Virus record (IMG/VR): IMGVR_UViG_3300028516_000021
DNA from: a virus
Length of the DNA: 16,606 nt
Direction: 5' to 3' (one strand)
The position numbers and the translations under genes are program-made. This document shows positions 1 through 6,358 of this stretch, piece by piece; the stretch's first letter is position 1; each line of letters starts with the position of its first letter. Under the pieces are notes generated by a model, which was not told the origin of the DNA, did not search any database, and saw only the letters and a program-made list of their open reading frames with translations.

Positions 1-127
1 CTCACACTTCACTCTCTTCTCTTGACTCTTACCGCTCGGTTTGCTACCGCCTGTTCCGTTAGTGACCGGCATCACACGTTCTGGACTTGAATCGAATATC
101 GGTTCGTGTACTATTGAGTCATCGCCA
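1..127. repeat. Left inverted terminal repeat (127 bp)
   Basis: I reverse-complemented 16480..16606 by hand and it matches bases 1..127 (ctcacacttcactctc...gagtcatcgcca) at every position. Identity stops at 128 (a) versus the complement of 16479 (g). The repeat reaches the exact window end. Confidence 0.95.
87..114 (+). promoter_or_regulatory. Candidate sigma-A/sigma-70-type promoter inside the left ITR, firing inward
   Basis: TTGAAT (87-92), a 16-nt spacer, then TACTAT (109-114). GAGGAGG lies at 131-137 and the ATG at 142. Sequence inspection only. Confidence 0.4.
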
Positions 128-141
128 ATTGAGGAGGATCG

Positions 142-408
142 ATGGATGTAGTTCTGACGGACGAGATGGTGCGTTACATTTCTCGCGTGTCTGGTATTGT
201 GTACTTTGAGGACACGGCCACGTGCATGGTGAAAATGAATGGTGTGATGATTCACATTAAGCGCTTGACTGTTGAGCAGTGGGCTGTGAACTCGTTTAGC
301 AAGGAGTTCTTTAAGATCGTCGATAGTCAGAAACCGCGTTGTACGTTTGTTTGCAGGCGGATTGAGTTGGTTCGTATTTTGAGGAGGGTTTCTAATGCGT
401 CGGTTTGA
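142..408 (+). CDS. Hypothetical protein, 88 aa, first gene inward of the left ITR
   Basis: ORF with a strong SD (GAGGAGG, 4-nt spacer) and ATG at 142, immediately after the ITR. I recognise no family. Confidence 0.6.
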   Translation: MDVVLTDEMVRYISRVSGIVYFEDTATCMVKMNGVMIHIKRLTVEQWAVNSFSKEFFKIVDSQKPRCTFVCRRIELVRILRRVSNASV

Positions 409-520
409 TTTCATGGGGATTGCGATTCTGTTTTCAGCGTCGTTGCTTTTCCTGCTGGTGGTTGGTTTTGTGTGCTTCGCCGTTGGTGTTGCGTCCACGC
501 TGATTCCTGTGACATACTGA
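395..520 (+). CDS. Small hydrophobic membrane peptide, 41 aa (below the ORF-track cutoff)
   Basis: ATG at 395 is preceded by GAGGAGG (381-387) and overlaps the stop of the upstream ORF (406-408). Hand translation: MRRFDFMGIAILFSASLLFLLVVGFVCFAVGVASTLIPVTY, stop at 518-520. The N-terminus is basic and is followed by about 30 hydrophobic residues. Confidence 0.5.
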   Translation: MRRFDFMGIAILFSASLLFLLVVGFVCFAVGVASTLIPVTY

Positions 521-550
521 GGGGTGCGATAGGTCCTCCTCTCCTATAGC

Positions 551-585
551 AAGGCCCCGGCCAGCATGACGCTGGCCGGGGCCTT
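551..585. terminator. Bidirectional hairpin terminator between convergent genes
   Basis: Perfect 15-bp GC-rich stem aaggccccggccagc / gctggccggggcctt with a 5-nt loop (atgac). It lies between the plus-strand stop at 520 and the minus-strand endolysin stop at 597. A weaker hairpin (gcgatagg...cctatagc, 526-550) precedes it. There is no long U-tract on either side. Confidence 0.65.
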
Positions 586-596
586 ACCTTGTGTGC

Positions 597-1412
597 TCAG
601 ACCTGTTCGCTGACGTCGGCGAGGGCCTGCCATGCGGCTTGCGTGGCCGGGCCCCAGATTCCGTCGTCCTCGACACCCAGGGCGCGCTGCATGGCCTCCA
701 CGACGCGATCATGGGCTGCCATGCTGGCCTCGCCCCATACGCCGTCCTGTGCGGTTCCTACGATCTCCTGGGCGTAGGGGACGCCGAAGGGGAAGGACTG
801 GCCGCCCCACTGGGAGGCGCTGACGACGGCCAGGATGCGCTGCCTGGTGTCGGGTCCGATCACGCCGTCGGGGTAGGCGCCCACGGCACGTTGCAGGTCT
901 TCCAGGCGCCTTGTGGGAGGGTTGAGCGACCCCACGCCCGTGTCGGTCCACGGGTAGCGGATTGCGTGGCTGATATGCGCCCAGGGGCGGTGCTGGCGCA
1001 TGACCAGTCCCCCGTCGTCCCAGGAGTACTCAGACGTGTTGAACTCGATGGTGTTGACGCCGTCGGTGTCGATGCTCTCGACGCAGCCGATGTGGTCGTC
1101 CTCGCCGTCGTCGTGCCAGTCGAAGGTGACCATGTCTCCTGGGCGGGCGGCGCCGGGCTCCACTAGCCAGCCACGGGCTCGTGCTGTGTTGACGCGGGCT
1201 GGGACGTAGGCGGAATCGAAGTCGGTGACGCCGATCTTCCTAAGGCAGTAGGTGAGCCCCATGTCACAGAATGGGACGCCGCTCTGTCCGAATACGGCGC
1301 CGTGGCGGGTGGCGTAGTCGCGACCGTACTTGGTGCCCTCTGCCTCATCGGTCCATCTGCTGTACCCGACCTCCTCGGCGCAGGCGTCGATGAATTGCTG
1401 TGCGGTTGCCAT
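597..1412 (-). CDS. Endolysin: N-terminal CHAP (cysteine/histidine peptidase-amidase) domain plus two C-terminal PG_binding_1-like repeats
   Basis: CHAP-type motifs: GVPFCDMGLTYC (catalytic Cys context), PGDMVTFDW...DDHIGCVES (His) and TIEFNTS (resembles the TIEGNT block). C-terminal repeats: LQRAVGAYPDGVIGPDTR and MQRALGVEDDGIWGPATQAAW (DGxxGxxT). It is the last gene of the late series and its start overlaps the upstream stop (TAATG at 1412). Confidence 0.85.
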   Translation of the reverse strand: MATAQQFIDACAEEVGYSRWTDEAEGTKYGRDYATRHGAVFGQSGVPFCDMGLTYCLRKIGVTDFDSAYVPARVNTARARGWLVEPGAARPGDMVTFDWHDDGEDDHIGCVESIDTDGVNTIEFNTSEYSWDDGGLVMRQHRPWAHISHAIRYPWTDTGVGSLNPPTRRLEDLQRAVGAYPDGVIGPDTRQRILAVVSASQWGGQSFPFGVPYAQEIVGTAQDGVWGEASMAAHDRVVEAMQRALGVEDDGIWGPATQAAWQALADVSEQV

Positions 1413-1621
1413 TACTGAGCCTCGTGCTTTCCCTGGTAGTCGTTCTTGGGTGTGTTGACCGATGCGACGGCGAAGAACGCGGCGCCGATCGCGGTGAGCG
1501 CGGCGGTCTCATCGCCCTTGAGGTAGCCCTTGACGGTGAGGTAGGCCATGACGGCGATCATGAGGTTGTAGCACCACATTCGAGTGGTGGGGGACGTGAC
1601 GGTTTCAATTACCTTGTTCAT
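1412..1621 (-). CDS. Putative holin, 69 aa, two transmembrane segments
   Basis: Hydrophobic stretches MWCYNLMIAVMAYLTV and AALTAIGAAFFAVASV, with a charged C-terminus (PKNDYQGKHEAQ). It lies immediately upstream of the endolysin and is translationally coupled to it. SD is AAAGGA, 7 nt before the ATG. Confidence 0.6.
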   Translation of the reverse strand: MNKVIETVTSPTTRMWCYNLMIAVMAYLTVKGYLKGDETAALTAIGAAFFAVASVNTPKNDYQGKHEAQ

Positions 1622-1916
1622 TGTTGATCCTTTCTAGAATCTGGTTCAGTAGGCGGGTGTGCTCGTCAAAAGCACTTGTGCCATGATTAGGCTGAGAATT
1701 AAAAGCGGCAGAGTTAACTTTCTTCTCAATACTGTCTAACCTTTCCATTACCCCCAATCTTCCGGGGACGCCGGGACGGGCAGGCTCTCCGTGCCAGTCC
1801 TCTAGCAGACACTCTAGCGACTTGAACTGTCGATAGGACCATCGACCCACGGCAATGACAGTAGCCATGATGGTAATAAGTCCTACGACGATTCCAATAT
1901 CAATATGGGACGTCAT
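1605..1916 (-). CDS. Membrane protein, 103 aa, one N-terminal TM helix plus a soluble C-terminal part (holin-like or lysis accessory)
   Basis: I place the start at ATG 1916 (MTSHIDIGIVVGLITIMATVIAVGRW...). It forms an ATGA overlap with the ATPase stop and has GGAG 8 nt upstream. The longer track ORF begins at a TTG well inside the ATPase gene. Confidence 0.5.
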   Translation of the reverse strand: MTSHIDIGIVVGLITIMATVIAVGRWSYRQFKSLECLLEDWHGEPARPGVPGRLGVMERLDSIEKKVNSAAFNSQPNHGTSAFDEHTRLLNQILERINNEQGN

Positions 1917-2911
1917 TTGAAAATCTCCGTGAAGGTGTTTCGGGACTTTGGGGAGTCGAATAGGATGAGTCCTCTCCTCCAACGGTTTCGTAACATCTGC
2001 ATAATACGGTCGTTCGGTTTCACATAGATGTCACCCTCCTTCATTGCCTTATGGTCGATACAATACATGACCTCATTCTTGGGCCTGTACTCCTGGATAG
2101 TGAACATAGGAAGGTCCGTCCAGACTGAGAAGCAACCGTTTTTAGTTCTAATGGTGCAATAATATTCGGCCTTACCGCTTTTCTTGCCGATGAAGTCGTC
2201 AGTGTTGTCCTTGAACTTGTTGCTAATGGCGTACTCCGCATACGACTCATCGGTACTCATCACGAACTTACCGAAACGCGTGTTAGCAACGTCATTCTTG
2301 AACTGTGTGTCATCTGCAAAGTGGCAGACGATGAAACCGTCCCCGGCCTTGACGAACTCCGAGTTTGGGCGCAAGTCCCATTTGAGCATGTATGGGTTCA
2401 TAATGCTTGCAGAGTTGGAGAGCATAAAAACCGTTGTCTTGTCCTTGTACCTGTCAACAGTCAGGTAGAAGTTGTTGAAGACTCGTACCTCATCATCCAG
2501 GTACCGAATCTGCGGGTTCTCTATAATGAACTCATCGAAGATGACAGTGGTTACCAGTGGGTACGCCGTTGATTTCTGGGCCTGAGACGTGCTCAGCACG
2601 GAGAAGTATCCGATGGTGTCCCATTTCTTGTCGCCCTCCATTCGCATGACGGCATCGTTCCCATGCACTGCGAACTCGTAGCCAGGGAACTCATGCGCAA
2701 TATCGTCGAAGAACGTGAAACGGCCTTTCTGCTCCACGCGGTGACGGCGTAGATAGATGAACTGTTCACCTTTCTTGATCGCGTTGCTGATAGCGATTTT
2801 CTTCGCACCGTAAGTCTTACCGGTACCACGACTGCCTACGATCATGAGATAGCGAGCGCCATACGATCGCACGCGACTGAAATCGTAATAGTGAGTGATT
2901 TTCCCGTTCAT
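1913..2911 (-). CDS. DNA encapsidation (packaging) ATPase, phi29 gp16-like
   Basis: Walker A GSRGTGKT and Walker B VIFDEF. Blocks such as GEQFIYLRR, KSTAYPLVTTVIFDEFI and LSNSASIMNPY parallel remembered phi29 gp16 (GEQFIYVRR, KSNAYPNVSTIVFDEFI, LSNAVSVVNPY). Length is 332 aa. Confidence 0.9.
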   Translation of the reverse strand: MNGKITHYYDFSRVRSYGARYLMIVGSRGTGKTYGAKKIAISNAIKKGEQFIYLRRHRVEQKGRFTFFDDIAHEFPGYEFAVHGNDAVMRMEGDKKWDTIGYFSVLSTSQAQKSTAYPLVTTVIFDEFIIENPQIRYLDDEVRVFNNFYLTVDRYKDKTTVFMLSNSASIMNPYMLKWDLRPNSEFVKAGDGFIVCHFADDTQFKNDVANTRFGKFVMSTDESYAEYAISNKFKDNTDDFIGKKSGKAEYYCTIRTKNGCFSVWTDLPMFTIQEYRPKNEVMYCIDHKAMKEGDIYVKPNDRIMQMLRNRWRRGLILFDSPKSRNTFTEIFK

Positions 2912-2919
2912 TTCCTCTC

Positions 2920-4221
2920 CTACAGGATATGACGCCTAACCGTCCACCATGCGGCGTCGTCAAGCATAAAGATTGAGTTAATATGCGGTCCCGGTCTAGG
3001 ACCACCGTGACCGATAGTGTGTGAACCGTCCCCCGTGTACAACTCAACGTGGTCAGTGTGCGGATATCCGCCGCCCCAACTAATGACAATCATATCCGCC
3101 GTGGTCATCTGAGCAATCTGCGCAGGAGTGGGGTGCCCGTAACCTCTCACAACCTCTGTGCCGCGGTTATATTGATCGCCCGTCCATGTGCCCACATTAA
3201 TACCTACAGTATCCATGTAGGCCCGGTAAATGGTGCTGGAACAGTCCCCGAAACCTGATTGATCGGGGTTTAGGCGGCCGGGTGCCTGCAAATAAGCGAA
3301 CTTGTATTGCCTGTCATACATCCATTTGTATACGGCCCAGCGCTTGGACGCAGCGTCCCCTCCCCCACCAGCAGGTGGAGGACTGGCCGCGCCTCCCCCG
3401 GCGTTACCCGGTGTTGCAGGGCTACCACCGTTGCTGACGGTGTTACCGGACATGATCCATTGGCGAGAGTTCCCCGTCGGGTACGCGGTCACCGTCCCTG
3501 AGGTGGTGGAGATATGGAGCATACCGCTGCCGTCGGACCATGCGTTCTTGACACTACCGGCGTTCGTGCCACCGTTGTTGGCGCCGCCGCTACCACCGTT
3601 TCCAGGTCGGGACGGGGACGCGGCGCCGGGCGTGGAGACACCTGACGTGTCCTTGTTCTTAATGATCTGATACGCCTGGTTATACCTGTTCGGGTACTTG
3701 CCGAGCACACCGTCATTCAGGAAACCGTGGAGAAAAGCGTCAAGCGACGCATTACCGCCAACGTTGTTAGCGACGCGAATCGCGTATCGCGGTCCCTGGT
3801 GATAGCCCACGCACCAGAGAATGAACGAGTCAGTGTTGGTGTTCGGGTCAATGCCCAGATTCTTGGCCGCCGTGAAATACCCCTCAAGGTCGGCGATCAA
3901 CTGGGAGTCCTGCTCCTTGGCGCCTGCCCTCAGCAGAGGGAGAAGCGAGTCTCCCTCTGCCTTGGACAACCACCTGTTTGTCCACCACGAGTCGTTTCCG
4001 TGGGAGGACAGGTCGGCTTTAAGGGATGAGGCGACGCCGGCGAACTCCGTGGCGTGAGCGGCCCCCATTTTCTTGAGAATGTCGGCCGCTCGCGGACCGT
4101 ACCACTGGGCAATGCCCACGGTAATCGGGTCGTTGTAGTTGATTGAGTCATATCGCATTGACGACTCAACCGTGCCGATAGCCTTAATGGCTACTTTCTT
4201 CGACGTCTCATCCCAAGCCAT
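2920..4221 (-). CDS. Tail-associated peptidoglycan hydrolase (gp13 position): N-terminal phage-tail-lysozyme-like domain, Gly-rich linkers, C-terminal NlpC/P60 endopeptidase
   Basis: N-terminal IGTVESSMRYDSINYNDPITVGIAQW resembles the GNxxxES...G(L/I)xQW block of phi29 gp13-N. C-terminal GFGDCSSTIYRAY (Cys) and TDHVELYTGDGSHTIGHGG (His) fit NlpC/P60. It lies between the appendage and the ATPase, as gp13 does. Confidence 0.8.
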   Translation of the reverse strand: MAWDETSKKVAIKAIGTVESSMRYDSINYNDPITVGIAQWYGPRAADILKKMGAAHATEFAGVASSLKADLSSHGNDSWWTNRWLSKAEGDSLLPLLRAGAKEQDSQLIADLEGYFTAAKNLGIDPNTNTDSFILWCVGYHQGPRYAIRVANNVGGNASLDAFLHGFLNDGVLGKYPNRYNQAYQIIKNKDTSGVSTPGAASPSRPGNGGSGGANNGGTNAGSVKNAWSDGSGMLHISTTSGTVTAYPTGNSRQWIMSGNTVSNGGSPATPGNAGGGAASPPPAGGGGDAASKRWAVYKWMYDRQYKFAYLQAPGRLNPDQSGFGDCSSTIYRAYMDTVGINVGTWTGDQYNRGTEVVRGYGHPTPAQIAQMTTADMIVISWGGGYPHTDHVELYTGDGSHTIGHGGPRPGPHINSIFMLDDAAWWTVRRHIL

Positions 4222-4230
4222 TGATATCTC

Positions 4231-5691
4231 CTAGAAAATACGGTAGGTCATATTCACCTGATAGGTCTGATTACCCTTGAGAATATCACCCGCATGCATC
4301 CCACCAGTCTTGGCAACGTAGATGTACTTGTAGGTACGGTCGTTGCCGATAATCGGTGACATCATTCCGTCATAAGGGCGCGCCCAACCCGGAAGGTCCA
4401 TGAGTTTAGCGTCATAGCCTACATCGCTGGCCCCCGTCTTAAACGTGCCCTGAATGTTCACGAAATCCCCGTGACGCTCACAATTCAAATAGTTGTAGTC
4501 ATGCAGAATCGTGCTCGCCGAAAGCGGGTGCAGGTCATAGGACGGCGGGTTAAGGAACGACGGGCCGCCGTTAATCCAGTTAATGAACAACTGTTTGACG
4601 TGCCGATACCCGCTCTCCGTCAGGTGAACGTTATCCACGCCCTGGTCCCAGGACTTAGCCTGTTCCTTACCGAAGTGCAGCCAGGAACGAGACCCCTCGC
4701 AAACAACGGCGCCGAACGGCTTACCCGCCGCAATCACCTCATAGGTACGAGACACACAACTACGAGCCATCTGAACGTACTCGTTCAGGGACGACTCGTT
4801 ATAGGTGACGGGCAGGACGTAAATGGTCGCGTTCGGGAAGTGCTGCCGAACCAGGGAGAAGAATGTGCCGGCCTGGTTGGTGACGGAGTTCTGAGCGCGA
4901 ATGTCGTTCAGCATGTCAATGAGGAAGACATACTTAGTGGCACGTTTCTTCTCATCACTCATTCGGGAGCGGGCGTTGTTCACCTGAGTAATGAAGTTGT
5001 TATCAGGCGTGCTTGTGAAACCGCCACCTCCAATGGCGTACACATTGGGGTTGACGCCCATATCCCTACACAGCCCCTCAGTCCATCGAAACGCTTCAAT
5101 CGTCGCGTTGGACGAACCGAAGACGACACCCTCGGTGAGTTTAGGGTCCTCAAGAAACTTATCGTCGGCCTGAGTCTTGGTGTAGTAGTTGTTAAGGATA
5201 TTCTGAATGTCAGACTTAACCTGCTCGATAGCGGTATTAATCTTCTCAATCCGCTGCTTGGTAGCAACCTGAATACGAGATGAGTCCTTCATCGGAGCGT
5301 CGACAAAGTCGCCGTTCTCGATACGGTCGAAGCGGGCATCCACAAGGCGGGCCTTGAACGACTCGATGAGATCGTTCATCGCCTTGATCTTCTCATCGGT
5401 ACTCTTGCGGGAATCGTTCAGGAACGACTCAAAGTCGTCCAACTTCTGCTTCGAGTCCTTCGCCCACTGCTCGGCGATACGGTTGATCTCCTTGACCATC
5501 CCCTCCACTTCCTTGCCGAAACCCTCAGCATAGGTGATGGTGTCGATGACGGCCTTGCGGATACGCTCAAGGATTTCCAGGACCGTGAGACCGTTGTTAT
5601 AGGTGAACGGTGTGGAATAGGGTGTAGTAGGCGGGTTCAGGCGGTAAAGGGCGCTATCGATTGCGCTAACCCGCGGGTCATTAATATCCAT
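4231..5691 (-). CDS. Tail appendage / receptor-binding protein with coiled-coil N-terminal part and a central SGNH/GDSL-hydrolase-like domain
   Basis: It occupies the gp12 position after the lower collar. The heptad-like region runs EILERIRKAV...ESFKARLV. SGNH blocks appear in order: VVFGSSNA (I), AIGGGGF (II), IDMLNDI (III), DNVHLTESGY (V, DxxH). I place the start at ATG 5691 (GGAG 9 nt upstream). The track start at 5706 is a TTG. Confidence 0.7.
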   Translation of the reverse strand: MDINDPRVSAIDSALYRLNPPTTPYSTPFTYNNGLTVLEILERIRKAVIDTITYAEGFGKEVEGMVKEINRIAEQWAKDSKQKLDDFESFLNDSRKSTDEKIKAMNDLIESFKARLVDARFDRIENGDFVDAPMKDSSRIQVATKQRIEKINTAIEQVKSDIQNILNNYYTKTQADDKFLEDPKLTEGVVFGSSNATIEAFRWTEGLCRDMGVNPNVYAIGGGGFTSTPDNNFITQVNNARSRMSDEKKRATKYVFLIDMLNDIRAQNSVTNQAGTFFSLVRQHFPNATIYVLPVTYNESSLNEYVQMARSCVSRTYEVIAAGKPFGAVVCEGSRSWLHFGKEQAKSWDQGVDNVHLTESGYRHVKQLFINWINGGPSFLNPPSYDLHPLSASTILHDYNYLNCERHGDFVNIQGTFKTGASDVGYDAKLMDLPGWARPYDGMMSPIIGNDRTYKYIYVAKTGGMHAGDILKGNQTYQVNMTYRIF

Positions 5692-6358
5692 ACCAGTCTG
5701 CTCCAATCATGTCAGTAGGCGGCGTCCAAACCGTCATAAACAACGGCTCTAGTTGGGCGATCACCATCATATCAATATTAACAATAGCGTCCCTATGGGC
5801 CTGAATAAGCGACGCCATAGACCCCGAGAAACCCTCCTGAGAGGACGTGCCCGTTCCGTCGCTCGAGGAGGTCGACGACTGAGACCCGCCGCTCTCGCTG
5901 GTCGACTTGACACCGGTGAGAGACGTGGAGTCAGCCGCGCCCGTCGCATAGTCCCCGTTACCGGAGAGCATCACCTGAGGGGTTTCGGACTGGACGGCAC
6001 GGGACTTGGCGTCGGTGGAGGACGTGGAGTTCCCGTGCTCGCTGGTCTCAGCACTGGTCCTAGTTGAACCGGTGCTTGAGTTCTTTGAGGTCATACGGAC
6101 GGTGAGGAACGGGTCTCGCTTAACCAGTTCAGCCTCATACATCTGGTTGTAGTAGGGCATGATCTCATTCATCTTCACCTTCAACTGGAAGAGGAAGATA
6201 TCAATGGTCTCGTGCCCGATCTCATTGAACCAGAAATGTGTTTTTATCTTAGAGTTTAGAGTTGAGCGGTAGTCCTCCGAGAAAATTGTGTAATGAGACA
6301 GTGCGTCATCCACCAATTTCTCATCGATCTTCCGCAACTCAATCGTGTAGTTACTCAT
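5681..6358 (-). CDS. Lower collar protein (phi29 gp11 family)
   Basis: N-terminal YTIFSEDYRSTLNSKIKTHFWFNEIGHETIDIFLFQLKVKMNEIMPYYNQMYEAE matches the conserved lower-collar block I remember from phi29-like and staphylococcal picoviruses (Y.IF...YR..L...I..H....EIG.ET...F...L...M.EIMPYYNQ.Y). It follows the portal gene directly. Confidence 0.8.
   Translation of the reverse strand: MSNYTIELRKIDEKLVDDALSHYTIFSEDYRSTLNSKIKTHFWFNEIGHETIDIFLFQLKVKMNEIMPYYNQMYEAELVKRDPFLTVRMTSKNSSTGSTRTSAETSEHGNSTSSTDAKSRAVQSETPQVMLSGNGDYATGAADSTSLTGVKSTSESGGSQSSTSSSDGTGTSSQEGFSGSMASLIQAHRDAIVNIDMMVIAQLEPLFMTVWTPPTDMIGADWYGY

Noticed and set aside
22-50. A second promoter-like pair in the ITR: TTGACT (22-27), 17 nt, TACCGC (45-50)
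   Set aside because: The -35 is good but the -10 lacks the invariant final T and the A/T-rich core. It would also lie within about 20 nt of the genome end, where TP and polymerase assemble. The TACCGC direct repeat (30-35 and 45-50) may instead be an origin or protein-binding feature, but I cannot support that.
591-1166. Plus-strand ORFs antisense to the endolysin (589..777, 591..1166, 632..823, 1000..1209), and similar antisense ORFs at 4471..5283 and 8036..8527
   Set aside because: These are the expected long shadow ORFs of GC-rich or A3-poor coding sequence. None has an SD. The products are Arg/Pro/Gly-rich low-complexity strings. The opposite strand encodes proteins with recognisable catalytic motifs.
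3302-3670. Plus-strand ORFs (3302..3670, 3307..3501) and a minus-strand ORF (3489..3716) across the Gly-rich linker region
   Set aside because: They are low-complexity mirror or offset frames of the GC-rich GGN/CCN repeats that encode the linkers of the tail lysin. They have no SD and are nested entirely within a well-supported gene.
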